NCBI GenBank assembly: GCA_964344105.1
Contig: CAYFMD010000001.1
Coordinates: forward strand, 4,671-68,670
Length of the DNA stretch: 64,000 nucleotides
Direction of reading: 5' to 3'
Origin: Candidatus Woesearchaeota archaeon
GTDB lineage: Archaea > Nanobdellota > Nanobdellia > Pacearchaeales > GW2011-AR1
The translations under genes and the position numbers were made by a program. Shown here in pieces: positions 10,554 to 20,570 of the stretch (the stretch's first letter is position 1; every line of letters starts with the position of its first letter). A model generated the notes under the pieces. The model did no database searches, had not been told where the DNA came from, and saw only the letters and a list, made by a program, of their open reading frames with translations.

Positions 10554-10979
10554 TTATTCTATCTGATCTTCAAATATATCTATACCTTCATTTATGGCGT
10601 GAATTAGATGCGAATCCTTAATCTCCAATCCAGCAGCAAATTCTTTTTGTTTATTATACCAAATCATTCTCCAAGCTTTAGTTGCTCTCCTTCTTGGTAA
10701 TCCATCAATCAGTTCTTCAGTTGTATATTTAGTTGTTAATAAATAATGCTCTCCATCAAGATTTACTCCTCCTGTGATATCTGCACAATCATCTGTATGC
10801 GAGTTTATATCCTGATATCCAAAACTAAATCCCCAATTTGGGTTATATCTCTTTGCAAATAAAAGACGGCCTTTATACTCTGTAATTATAATTTTCTTCC
10901 TAAGTCTCATAAAAATATCAGAAATAATCAATATATAAGCATTCCATAAATAATAACAATCCTTATTAACAACCCTCAA
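10554..10979 (-). CDS. Hypothetical protein
   Basis: It is an ORF with a probable internal start (MRLRKK...). I recognise no family. Confidence 0.4.
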   Translation of the reverse strand: MRVVNKDCYYLWNAYILIISDIFMRLRKKIIITEYKGRLLFAKRYNPNWGFSFGYQDINSHTDDCADITGGVNLDGEHYLLTTKYTTEELIDGLPRRRATKAWRMIWYNKQKEFAAGLEIKDSHLIHAINEGIDIFEDQIE

Positions 10980-10990
10980 CTTATTAGATC

Positions 10991-11467
10991 ATGCCTCACC
11001 AATGTACCAAATGTGGTAAAGTTTATCCCGATGCATCAGAAGAGCTTCTAAAAGGATGCGTATGCAGCAGCCGCTTTTTCTATTATATTAGACAAGAAAA
11101 GTTTGAACAATTACAGGAAGAAAAAGATCAAGTAATGGAAGAACTTGATAGAGCCGATAAAAAACAAATAGAAAAAGATATCAGAGAACTAACTGGACTA
11201 GATAAAAAACCAGATGAACCTGTGATCTTAGATTTAGAATCTGTCAGAGTATTAAAACCAGGAAAATTCGAGATAGATATAGTAAACCTTTTCTCAAAAC
11301 ACCGGCCTCTAATCTATAAATTAGAAGAAGGTAAGTATGTAATTGACTTAGCATCTACCTTAGCAGCCAATACTGAACAGCAATTAGAATCAAGAAGGGT
11401 TCTAGAGATTGAAACCAAGGAAGAGGATGAAGAGGAAGATGAAACTATTGAAAACAATAGTGAATAA
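10991..11467 (+). CDS. Zn-ribbon protein with a C-terminal acidic tail
   Basis: The N-terminus has CTKCG...GCVCSS, followed by a coiled-coil and an acidic tail. Confidence 0.5.
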   Translation: MPHQCTKCGKVYPDASEELLKGCVCSSRFFYYIRQEKFEQLQEEKDQVMEELDRADKKQIEKDIRELTGLDKKPDEPVILDLESVRVLKPGKFEIDIVNLFSKHRPLIYKLEEGKYVIDLASTLAANTEQQLESRRVLEIETKEEDEEEDETIENNSE

Positions 11468-11574
11468 CCTCTTATTAACACTCAAATTAACGATTTAACC
11501 AAATAAATACTCTCTAGTTCTATAGACTACCAGTACCAGAAAAACCTTAAATAACCTCACTACTTCTCTCATAC

Positions 11575-12831
11575 ATGGAAAAGGGTGTTAAAGAAATATT
11601 AGATGCACAACTAAAAGAAATATCTCCTCCAGCTAGTGATCTAGAAAAAATCAATAAAATTAGCAAAGAATTCCAGGAAACTTTAACTAACAACCTAAAA
11701 AAACTAAAAATAAAAGCACAAGTATTTCTTGGAGGCTCTCTAGCTAAAAACACCTTAGTAAAAAAAGACCCATATGACATAGACATTTTCGTGAGATTCG
11801 ATCCCTCTTACAAAGACAAAGATATCTCAAACCTTCTAGGAAAGGCCTTACCAGATGCTAAAAGAGTTCATGGATCTCGAGATTACTATCAACAAAAAGT
11901 AAACAAGATTATTGTTGAAATCATACCTACAATAAAAATTTCAAAACCAGATCAGGCAACAAATGTAACTGATCTAAGCTACTTCCACGTTAACTACATG
12001 TTAACTCAAATAAAAAAACACAAAAATCTAACTCAAGAAATTCAACTCGCAAAAACTTTTGCTCACGCCCAAAATGTTTACGGCGCTGAATCATATATCC
12101 ATGGTTTCTCGGGCTATGCATTAGAGCTTCTAGTCAGCCATTACAAATCATTCACTAAATTTTTAGAAGAAATTTCTAAATGGGATCCAAAAAAAGGAAA
12201 GCTAGTAATTGATCAAGAAAAATTCTATAAAAATGATAATGAAGTTCTAACTAATCTAAATAAATCTAAACAAATATCTCCAATAATTCTTATTGATCCT
12301 ACAAACAAAGAAAGAAACGCTTCATCAAGCCTTTCTAATGATACCTTCTACAAATTCCAAAACCACTGCAGATCATTTCTAAAAAAGCCATCAAAACAAG
12401 CTTTTAAACAGAAACATGTTAAAGATGAATTCAAAAACAAAAACCCAACTATTCTAACTGTAAAAACGAATAAACAAGCAGGAGACATATCTGGAACCAA
12501 AAGCAAAAAGTTCTTTGACTTCTTAATATCTAGATTAAAGAAAGAATTCACAATAAAGAAAGAAGGTTTTGAATATGAAGAAAAAGAAAACATATCAAGA
12601 TTCTATTTCATACTAGCAAAAAAGCCAGATGAAACCGTAAAAGGTCCCCCAGTTACAGCAATCCATAATCTAACTAACTTCAAAAAAGCCCATCCGAAAG
12701 CAATAATCAAAAACCATTTTGCCTACGCAACTCTAAAACATAATCTAACTTTCAAGGAATGGTTCACTAAATTCAAAAAAGATGATAAGAAGATCATTAA
12801 GGATATGGGAATAACTAGTCTAACTAACTAA
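11575..12831 (+). CDS. cca: Archaeal class I CCA-adding tRNA nucleotidyltransferase
   Basis: The GGSLAKNTLVKKDPYDIDIFVRF segment is the GS...DxD nucleotidyltransferase motif arranged as in archaeal CCA enzymes, and the length is about 418 aa. Confidence 0.65.
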   Translation: MEKGVKEILDAQLKEISPPASDLEKINKISKEFQETLTNNLKKLKIKAQVFLGGSLAKNTLVKKDPYDIDIFVRFDPSYKDKDISNLLGKALPDAKRVHGSRDYYQQKVNKIIVEIIPTIKISKPDQATNVTDLSYFHVNYMLTQIKKHKNLTQEIQLAKTFAHAQNVYGAESYIHGFSGYALELLVSHYKSFTKFLEEISKWDPKKGKLVIDQEKFYKNDNEVLTNLNKSKQISPIILIDPTNKERNASSSLSNDTFYKFQNHCRSFLKKPSKQAFKQKHVKDEFKNKNPTILTVKTNKQAGDISGTKSKKFFDFLISRLKKEFTIKKEGFEYEEKENISRFYFILAKKPDETVKGPPVTAIHNLTNFKKAHPKAIIKNHFAYATLKHNLTFKEWFTKFKKDDKKIIKDMGITSLTN

Positions 12832-12833
12832 AA

Positions 12834-13259
12834 TCACTCAGCACCATAGGCATCATTATATGCTCTAGTAAATTCTACTAATTGCACGATTTCAAGAGCC
12901 CTACTGTGATACCAATCAATCCTATCCTCTCTTCCTTCAGCAGATTCTGCAAACTCATCTCCTGGAACTAAAACTGAATATGTTCTATTTGTATCTCTAG
13001 GGGAATCAAATGAAACTGCACGCAAAGAATTTGCACTATCTCTTCTAGACAATCTTTCTGCTAAAGAATCCAAACTATTCGCCCTAAGAACTCCTCCATA
13101 ACCTTTGGCTATATATGAACCGTGAATAGCACCAGGGCTAACTCCTGTATCTTGAAAAACATGATATCTAATTGACTGGGTCTTTTTCTCTTTCCTATCT
13201 CCTCCAAGAATACTTTTTCCGTTAGCACTCATTTTATTCCTTCCCAACAGCCTGCTCAA
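12834..13259 (-). CDS. Hypothetical protein with R/S/D/A-rich, GC-shifted composition
   Basis: It is an ORF with a probable internal start (MSANGK...). Its composition is atypical for the window. Confidence 0.35.
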   Translation of the reverse strand: MSRLLGRNKMSANGKSILGGDRKEKKTQSIRYHVFQDTGVSPGAIHGSYIAKGYGGVLRANSLDSLAERLSRRDSANSLRAVSFDSPRDTNRTYSVLVPGDEFAESAEGREDRIDWYHSRALEIVQLVEFTRAYNDAYGAE

Positions 13260-14016
13260 ACATATAAGTCAAAGAACTTGCAAAGAATGGAGTATTCAAC
13301 CAAACAGCAATTTCTTCTTCAGGCATTCCAGTTTTAGAAATCATGAACAATACTTGTTCTGAATCTGAAATAAAGAATCTAGTATCAACATCTATCTTCT
13401 TAGCCTTGATCTTAAACTTAGTATTTATCTTCTTAATATCTTTCTCTTCACCGTTCAAAGCGATCTTGATCTTAATATTAGCCTTATTCAATCTATCAAA
13501 AACCAAACTAAAGAATCTTGATTTACTCTGAATCTCTTGAACTGAAGTACAAATTATAACTTCCTTAGCAGCATTCTCTAACAACTCCTTAATATGATTA
13601 TATATTGTTAGCTTACCTTTAATTGAACCACTAATATCCTCTTGCTTTATAGGCTGAATACCAACATTGTACAACTGCTCAAGCTCCTTATACTCATTAG
13701 TATCTCTCAACTTACTTATATTATCAATTCTCTCATTGGCTTCCTTCTGAGTGTTAGACTTAAGCTTCTCAATAATTATATTAGGCTTAACAGCTATGTA
13801 TTTAACTGGCTTACCTAGCTTCATAATAGCGAATCCTCTCTTCTCCAAACTCTCAAGTACATCATAAGTTCGACTTCTCGGAACACCACTAACTTCTGCA
13901 ATCTCTCCAGCACTAGCCAAACCCTTTCCTAAAAGAGCCAACCAAACCTTAGTTTCATAGATGTTTAAGGCAAAATGATCCTTAATTTGATTAACTAATT
14001 CTTGTTTAATTATCAT
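13234..14016 (-). CDS. TrmB-family transcriptional regulator
   Basis: The N-terminal wHTH is IYETKVWLALLGKGLASAGEIAEVSGVPRSRTYDVLESLEKRGF, and there is a C-terminal effector-domain-like region. Confidence 0.75.
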   Translation of the reverse strand: MIIKQELVNQIKDHFALNIYETKVWLALLGKGLASAGEIAEVSGVPRSRTYDVLESLEKRGFAIMKLGKPVKYIAVKPNIIIEKLKSNTQKEANERIDNISKLRDTNEYKELEQLYNVGIQPIKQEDISGSIKGKLTIYNHIKELLENAAKEVIICTSVQEIQSKSRFFSLVFDRLNKANIKIKIALNGEEKDIKKINTKFKIKAKKIDVDTRFFISDSEQVLFMISKTGMPEEEIAVWLNTPFFASSLTYMFEQAVGKE

Positions 14017-14017
14017 T

Positions 14018-14335
14018 TTATTTAACTACTCCTACATGTGCCGGAACATATACCTTCATCCCTTTAACACTTGTTTTAGTCAATCTACTAAAAATATATA
14101 GATTTGAATTTTCTGTTCCAATTCTCAAGGCAGTACCTGCTTCAACTTCACCATCTGGAGTTCCTGAGGGATAAAATCTATTGAATATTCTAAATCCAGC
14201 ATCTTCTACTACTCCTATCCTATAATCTCCTGCATTCTCGCCAAGACTAGCCTTATAGCCAGTAGCCTCAGTATCTAATGCAACGCTAACAAAATCTCCT
14301 ACACTCAACTCATCAAGTTTTAATCTTTTTGCCAT
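14018..14335 (-). CDS. Hypothetical protein (105 aa)
   Basis: It is an ORF lying divergent from the GHKL ATPase gene. Confidence 0.4.
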   Translation of the reverse strand: MAKRLKLDELSVGDFVSVALDTEATGYKASLGENAGDYRIGVVEDAGFRIFNRFYPSGTPDGEVEAGTALRIGTENSNLYIFSRLTKTSVKGMKVYVPAHVGVVK

Positions 14336-14373
14336 TTTATCTTCTAACTATTATAAAAAAGCGAACAAAAAAC

Positions 14374-14385
14374 CCTTTATAAAGG
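14374..14385. promoter_or_regulatory. Palindromic TATA-like element CCTTTATAAAGG in the divergent intergenic region upstream of the GHKL ATPase
   Basis: I saw this in the sequence. Confidence 0.35.
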
Positions 14386-14510
14386 TATCGATTGTTGTCA
14401 CTCAAGAATCAGAACAAATATCCCTTAACAAGCATTATCTTCATCCACCTTCGGTGATAAATAAAAAATCTATATGTTTTTAAGTAAAATTACCCTGATA
14501 TATCACAGTA

Positions 14511-16514
14511 ATGGCAAGAAAAAAAGCGACAAGAAAGGTGGCCACAAAAAGAGAAAAAACTAGCGAACCAAGGCCAGTTCAATTTTCCAGAGAACATGCA
14601 GATAATCTTGATGAATTAGTTGCTGAATTCATTGATAGAGGGCCAATACATTCTGTGGAGGAACTAATTGCAAATTCATCAGATGCAGATGCAAATAATG
14701 TTTGGATAACCTATGATAAACCTGGAGATTTATTAATTATTGAAGATGATGGGAGGGGGATGATTGGCAAGGAGATAGATGGTTTTTTTAGAATGGGGGG
14801 TAGTAAGAAAAGAGATTTAGACCGTACTGAAGGAGGACGTAAATTTATGGGTAATTATGGGGTTGGAGCAATTTTAGTAGGCAGATTATCAAGTGAATAC
14901 GAACTAGTAACAACTAAAGAGGGTATAGAAACAACGGTGCCAGAAAGATTTGGAGATGGCATTCCAAAGCTGGCTGATGGTACTGAAATAGATGTTGATC
15001 CAGAATTACATGGTACAAAGATAACTATGAGGGGGTTAAAATTTGGAAATAGAAATGATTTTGAAATAGAAGATGTAATAAGGACTTATCAATGGGAACT
15101 AGAATTAACTCCTGATTTTAGAGTACATATTAATGGAGAGGAAATTCAACCGAGAGCTATCGAAACTGGAAAGGAATTTTCAGTAGATGCTACGGGGGAT
15201 AATGTTGGAGAAGTAACCGGGACGATCTACTATACAGGTAAAACTTCAGGTAGTTCTGGAATACATATTAGAGTAAACAACAGAAGGGTAGGAGATCCAA
15301 AAGCTCTTTTAAAAAAATATGCTAATAGGACTTCTATGCTAGGAAGGACTGTTGCTTTCATAAATGCTGATGGATTAGCAGATTCAATAGATTTTGGAAG
15401 AACAGCCTTTAGAGAGAACACTACAGCATATGCAGAATTTGAATCAATTTTAGAAAAATCTCTAAGGGAGGTTGCAAGATTCTCAAAAGAAGATAGTGCG
15501 GGTAAGAGTATTGCTGCAGTATCCAGAAAAGCAGATACATTAGCAGAAAACGTTCAATTCAGATTGACTAAGGCAAGAGTTGGGCCCGTAGATGCTGAAA
15601 CGGTAGTTTTGTTAGATACAGGAGATTCAGAAAATGTAGGAGCTTTCGATCTTTCAAGAAATACGTTAACAATAAATAGGAATCACCCTCAAGTCATAGT
15701 ATCTGGAAGTATGAATGCAGCCCAATATGAACAGGCCTTATTAGATGCAGCAATTGGAGTATTAGCACAACATGGCGCAGATAGTCGTGGGGGAACTCTT
15801 TATGCATACCTAGATGAACAAAGAAAATTATGGAAGCAACTAAAGGGAATTGGAGAGGGAGGTGTAGTCTCTAGCGGTCCAGAAATCTCTCCTAATTTAT
15901 TCTATGAGCCAAAAGAATTGGGAAGATTAGGTATCTTTGGGGGTAATACTCTAAAAGATATGATTGCAGTAGGCATAATAAGAAACAAGGATATAAGTAG
16001 CGGAAAAATAAGGGGGTCTGCATATGAAGGGGTGGTAGGGGGGCTAGATGGATTTATATCATTAGTAGATTTATGTAATAGAGAATCTTCTGAAGGAACG
16101 CAAGATAGAATAAGAAAAACTAAATTGGTACTTGATCATGCTGCAGATAATTCAAGACCTTTTGTATACTGTTTTACGGATGAAACTGCGGATAATGAAT
16201 TATATCTTTTAGATCAAACTGTTGCATCAAGAGTGCATACTTATGCAACAACCCTTTCTATGGCCAGGGGAGATGATGGTCCTGAGAAAAATAGACAAAA
16301 TATAAGACAGTGGTTTCATCAGTTAGGAGATTCTTACGCAAATTTATCTGAATTAGAAACTCATTTAGAGAGAGTAGATGGAGGATTCATAAGGAGTTCA
16401 ATAGAACAAGGAAATGTTAGAAAAAGACAACACTCTTATAGAATTGGAGATGTAATAACTGCAATACAAACTGCGAGAGGAAATGATAAAATTCTGGCTA
16501 GAATAAGGGCCTAA
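14511..16514 (+). CDS. GHKL-superfamily ATPase (MORC / HATPase_c_3-like), 667 aa
   Basis: It has the N-box ELIANSSDADA, the G1 box IEDDGRGM and the G2 box GNYGVGAI in order. Its codon usage is G-ending and about 40% GC, unlike the neighbouring genes. Confidence 0.6.
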   Translation: MARKKATRKVATKREKTSEPRPVQFSREHADNLDELVAEFIDRGPIHSVEELIANSSDADANNVWITYDKPGDLLIIEDDGRGMIGKEIDGFFRMGGSKKRDLDRTEGGRKFMGNYGVGAILVGRLSSEYELVTTKEGIETTVPERFGDGIPKLADGTEIDVDPELHGTKITMRGLKFGNRNDFEIEDVIRTYQWELELTPDFRVHINGEEIQPRAIETGKEFSVDATGDNVGEVTGTIYYTGKTSGSSGIHIRVNNRRVGDPKALLKKYANRTSMLGRTVAFINADGLADSIDFGRTAFRENTTAYAEFESILEKSLREVARFSKEDSAGKSIAAVSRKADTLAENVQFRLTKARVGPVDAETVVLLDTGDSENVGAFDLSRNTLTINRNHPQVIVSGSMNAAQYEQALLDAAIGVLAQHGADSRGGTLYAYLDEQRKLWKQLKGIGEGGVVSSGPEISPNLFYEPKELGRLGIFGGNTLKDMIAVGIIRNKDISSGKIRGSAYEGVVGGLDGFISLVDLCNRESSEGTQDRIRKTKLVLDHAADNSRPFVYCFTDETADNELYLLDQTVASRVHTYATTLSMARGDDGPEKNRQNIRQWFHQLGDSYANLSELETHLERVDGGFIRSSIEQGNVRKRQHSYRIGDVITAIQTARGNDKILARIRA

Positions 16515-16533
16515 TTAACTCTTATCCCAAACT

Positions 16534-16761
16534 CTAAATATTAAACTCCAACTTAAACAAATCGCTATAATCAGATCTTTCTTTTCCCGTCGCTGGTCGC
16601 TCATAAGGCATACCGCAATTAGTACAGTTAACTAATACATCTCTGCCTGGTTGATATTGAACAGCAACAACACTTGGATATGGATGACCCCTATCTGCAC
16701 ATTCTCCCATACGTTCAAATTTAGCCCTAGCTTCACTCAAATCAACCTCTAATGTAGTCAT
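16534..16761 (-). CDS. Small Cys-containing protein (75 aa), possibly a Zn-ribbon
   Basis: It contains GECADRGH and NCTNCG motifs and has GC-shifted composition. It is convergent with the GHKL gene. Confidence 0.35.
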   Translation of the reverse strand: MTTLEVDLSEARAKFERMGECADRGHPYPSVVAVQYQPGRDVLVNCTNCGMPYERPATGKERSDYSDLFKLEFNI

Positions 16762-16794
16762 AAGATAACTAGTGATATCAAATATATAAAACTA

Positions 16795-17733
16795 TCAAAA
16801 CAACCACCAACTCAACCCCATCCCCAAATACAATCCAGCAGTTATGAAAGGCATAGCAGGATAATACCTACCTTTCTTAGCTAGTATAAACAACAAAGCA
16901 AGAGCAACAGTACTAAAACAAGCAATCATCAAAGCTGAGATCAATCCAAAAGCCTGATAGAAAACTCCTGCAGTTATTATTGGAAAGATAATATCTCCTC
17001 CGCCCAAAATAGCCAGATTAACTTTTATCTTTGACTTCTTAAACTCCTTCTCAAGCTTCTCATCATCATTCTTATACTTCTCTTTAATCATTCTAATCTT
17101 CTGTTTATTCTTCTTATCTGCGTAAGGAACAAAAAAGCCAGTAAAGAACTTCAAATTATTCATCTGGAACTCTGCCATCTTCTGCATAAACTGACTCTGC
17201 CAAACGGCCCACATATCATAAAGCGAAATTACAAACAACAAGATTGCAGTAGCAATCAAAACTCTACTACCAAAAACATTATTCAAGAAACTAATAAACA
17301 CCGCAGCAATACCTGGATAAATCAAAAGTTCTGTAATATTATGAACATAAAGATTTCTTCTAAAGACTTTGAAATATGCAAGTGGCAACGCAATAGCCAA
17401 AGCAACAACTTGCATATCAACTCCTAACTTGATTAAAATAACAAAAAGACTTAACCCTAAAGCAAGAACTGTTACAAAGAAATACCACAAACGAATAAAC
17501 GTCTGAGCATTTATTTTCATTAACAAGAAGAACAATAATATTGCCACAACAAAAGCTGAGACTATGCTACTCAATCCTCCTGTCAAGCTAGCCTCTTCAA
17601 TCCCTTCCGGAGGCTCCATACCAAAAGGCAAACTCAATCCATCAGCATAACTCGCAACAACCCACAATCCTATCAATTGTGTAACTAAGAACATGCAAAT
17701 TAAGATAATGGTTACTCTGGTATTGTGTTTCAT
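16795..17733 (-). CDS. Presenilin / signal-peptide-peptidase family (A22) intramembrane aspartyl protease homologue
   Basis: It is multi-TM. It carries the YD motif (ISLYDMWAV), the GxGD motif (LGGGDIIFP) and a PAL-like motif (PAMPFITAG). Confidence 0.6.
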   Translation of the reverse strand: MKHNTRVTIILICMFLVTQLIGLWVVASYADGLSLPFGMEPPEGIEEASLTGGLSSIVSAFVVAILLFFLLMKINAQTFIRLWYFFVTVLALGLSLFVILIKLGVDMQVVALAIALPLAYFKVFRRNLYVHNITELLIYPGIAAVFISFLNNVFGSRVLIATAILLFVISLYDMWAVWQSQFMQKMAEFQMNNLKFFTGFFVPYADKKNKQKIRMIKEKYKNDDEKLEKEFKKSKIKVNLAILGGGDIIFPIITAGVFYQAFGLISALMIACFSTVALALLFILAKKGRYYPAMPFITAGLYLGMGLSWWLF

Positions 17734-17821
17734 AATATGTATCTCTTTTTTAACATGTAGAGAGATAGCTATTTAAATCTTGGTAACTAAATAAATAATG
17801 ACAGTCTCTATTGAAAAAACA

Positions 17822-18559
17822 CTATGAATCAGATTTTTGACATACATAAGTGCCAAAATATATTTCATCCCTCATAGGGCGGAGCATCATCTGAATTCCA
17901 TCATTAGAATTTACCACTAGGGATAACCCTTCCCTACTACCTTCCTCGATATACCCTAATTCCTTAGCATCAAAGTGATATGTACAAAGAGAATTTGTAG
18001 GTGGATTTCTATATGTTCTCACTGGAAATCCTTGGGCACTCAGTTCAGATAGAAGGAAATAACCACTGCCCTCCCATCTTTCTACTCTTTCCCTAGATCT
18101 AACGAGTTCAGATCCTTCAATATCTTCAATAACTTCAATTTCTAATCCATCTCTTTCTTTAAATACTGCACAATTTAATCTAGCATAAGCTCCATTGAAG
18201 ATCCCTCCCTCATTAAACCCTCTAGTAATATCAACGATATTTTTTGCCTCTCTATTTGGAATGATATCCCCATATCCATTTCTTAAATTATATTTGCCGC
18301 ATGCCCATTTATTTAATTCGTTGAGGAATTGTATATAAATTGGTAAGGTAGCTCCCATCAGTCCATCCATAACTAATCTCCTATGAGCCTCTGTATGATC
18401 CCGATCCACACACTTATCTGGAAATTTAGAAATCATAAAATCAGTACCGGGTAATAAAATAAATCTATTAGGATCTCCTACACCTTCTCTAGGATTGTGC
18501 CTCTCTTCTGATCCTAAAACATGTTCAATCAATCGCTTGGCCATGAATAAAGATAACAA
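17822..18559 (-). CDS. Hypothetical protein with GC-shifted composition
   Basis: It is a clean ORF with a probable start at MAKRLIEHV. I recognise no family. Confidence 0.4.
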   Translation of the reverse strand: MLSLFMAKRLIEHVLGSEERHNPREGVGDPNRFILLPGTDFMISKFPDKCVDRDHTEAHRRLVMDGLMGATLPIYIQFLNELNKWACGKYNLRNGYGDIIPNREAKNIVDITRGFNEGGIFNGAYARLNCAVFKERDGLEIEVIEDIEGSELVRSRERVERWEGSGYFLLSELSAQGFPVRTYRNPPTNSLCTYHFDAKELGYIEEGSREGLSLVVNSNDGIQMMLRPMRDEIYFGTYVCQKSDS

Positions 18560-18630
18560 ATTAGTTTATAAACATTATTCCTACAGGTTATATCTCTTAG
18601 TAACAGATCATTCACATTTAAATTAGATAA

Positions 18631-20517
18631 CTATCTCAACCTAATAGTTTCCAAATTCTTTGGAACATTAGTTTCAATATGATGCAACTTGTAAATGCTA
18701 CTTGCCAAATCCAAGCATCTACTCTGCTCTCCGTGATTCATAATTATCTTATTTGCTCTAGGCTGAGTTCTATTAGCAAACTCTAACAATTCATTTCTAC
18801 CAGCATGAGCTCCCAATCCTTCTACAGTAGAAACTTCTAGATTAATATCAATCAACTCTTCCTTACCCTCATTGCTCATCATAACAGTCTTCAAACCCTC
18901 TTGTACTTGCTTTCCTAAGCTTCCAGCGCCCTGATAACAAACAAAACAAACCTTATTCTTCTTACCCTGAGCAAAATGCTTAAAGTACTCAACACTAGCT
19001 CCACCAACCAACATACCGCTAGTAGCAAGAACTACACAAGGGCCTCCTTCAACAACAGCTTTTCTTTCCTGGGGACTTCCAACTCTCTGGAAAATATCAG
19101 ACAGGAACGGATTCTTATTTGCAAAAACATCCTTCTTAACTTGATGATGCAAAAAATCAGGATAAGCAGTATGAATACCATTCATATCCCAGATCATACC
19201 GTCAATGTAAATAGGAACCTTTGGCATCTTACCATTTCTCATAGCTTCTTCCAAAATAATCATAGACTCTTGAGCTCTTCCCAATCCCAATTCCGGAATC
19301 AAAATCTTACCGCCTTTATCAATAGTCTCAGTAATTTCTCTAATCAAATTCTCCTCAGCTTCCCTTCTAGGGGGCAACACATTATTCTTTCCACCATACG
19401 TAGCTTCCATAATCAATGTCTCCATTCTAGGGAACTTATCGTTAGCTCTATTCAACAATCTAGAATTAACATACTTAATATCTCCAGAATAAACCAAATT
19501 ATGTGCACCATTCCCAATATTAATATGAGTAATGGCCGATCCTAAACAGTGTCCTGCGTTATAGAAAGTAATTCTAACATCAGGAGCAATATCAGTAACC
19601 TCGTTATAATCCAAACAAATAGTATGTTTAACCATCTCCTTAACATCTACCGAACTATACAATGGACTAGAAGCTTGCTTGTAAGCAACACCAATAAAAT
19701 CCAAAGCCAATATGGCAGCCAAATCACGAGTTGGTGCAGTCATATAAACTGGACCTCTATAACCCATCTTAAACAAATAAGGAATTATAGCAGAGTGATC
19801 TAGATGAGCATGACTCAAAATTATAGCATCAATTTCATTTATCTTAAACTCTGCAGCATCTAAATATGGAAATCTTTCTCTACCACTAACTGCTGGATTC
19901 ATTCCACAATCCATCAATATTTTAGTATTAGGAGTCTGCAACAAAATACAACTTCTACCAACTTGTCTTCCTCCACCTAAGAAAGTAACTCTAATCCACT
20001 CTTCCATTTTCTCCGGATTCCATTCCTTGTAAATCTTCTTACCAACAGAATTCAAGAATCTCTTTCTAGTATTATTATTTGCATAAAGAACAGCCCTAAT
20101 ACTCTCAGTAATCTTAGATTCAATAGCAGGACTTCTCTGAATCTGAGGTATCCAAAAACTTTGATCCTTAACTTCTTTCAATATAGAACCATCCTTACCA
20201 ATTACTAACCCAGGCCTCTTAGCCTCAATAACAACAATACTTCTCTGAGGATCAAACAAGACATTAGTAACTTCAGCATCCTCTGGCACCGTATCCTTAA
20301 TTATCTGCTCAGTCTCCTCTTCAGATTTTAACAACTTGCTATCTGCTCTCAACTCAATTCTCTTCTTAAACTTCCCAACTAACTCTCTAATCTTTCCATC
20401 ATTATCTCTAAAGAAATCCATATCATCAGTATAAAGAACTATATTAGCTCCCTCAAAGTTCGCACTACTAATTACTTTAGGTAAGTCTTTCTGAACGTCT
20501 TTCAAAATGTCCGCCAT
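18631..20517 (-). CDS. Archaeal CPSF1 (FttA), a KH + metallo-beta-lactamase + beta-CASP ribonuclease
   Basis: It has N-terminal KH-like domains and the HAHLDHSA motif, and its 628 aa length is typical of aCPSF1. Confidence 0.85.
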   Translation of the reverse strand: MADILKDVQKDLPKVISSANFEGANIVLYTDDMDFFRDNDGKIRELVGKFKKRIELRADSKLLKSEEETEQIIKDTVPEDAEVTNVLFDPQRSIVVIEAKRPGLVIGKDGSILKEVKDQSFWIPQIQRSPAIESKITESIRAVLYANNNTRKRFLNSVGKKIYKEWNPEKMEEWIRVTFLGGGRQVGRSCILLQTPNTKILMDCGMNPAVSGRERFPYLDAAEFKINEIDAIILSHAHLDHSAIIPYLFKMGYRGPVYMTAPTRDLAAILALDFIGVAYKQASSPLYSSVDVKEMVKHTICLDYNEVTDIAPDVRITFYNAGHCLGSAITHINIGNGAHNLVYSGDIKYVNSRLLNRANDKFPRMETLIMEATYGGKNNVLPPRREAEENLIREITETIDKGGKILIPELGLGRAQESMIILEEAMRNGKMPKVPIYIDGMIWDMNGIHTAYPDFLHHQVKKDVFANKNPFLSDIFQRVGSPQERKAVVEGGPCVVLATSGMLVGGASVEYFKHFAQGKKNKVCFVCYQGAGSLGKQVQEGLKTVMMSNEGKEELIDINLEVSTVEGLGAHAGRNELLEFANRTQPRANKIIMNHGEQSRCLDLASSIYKLHHIETNVPKNLETIRLR

Positions 20518-20570
20518 ATTAATTTTCTAAAATTAAAATACAACCTCTCGTATTAATTTAGTATGATAGT

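Noticed and set aside
18976-19803. Plus-strand ORFs of 189 and 84 aa antisense to aCPSF1
   Set aside because: They lie within a strongly supported conserved gene and have low-complexity Asn/Ser/Ile composition.
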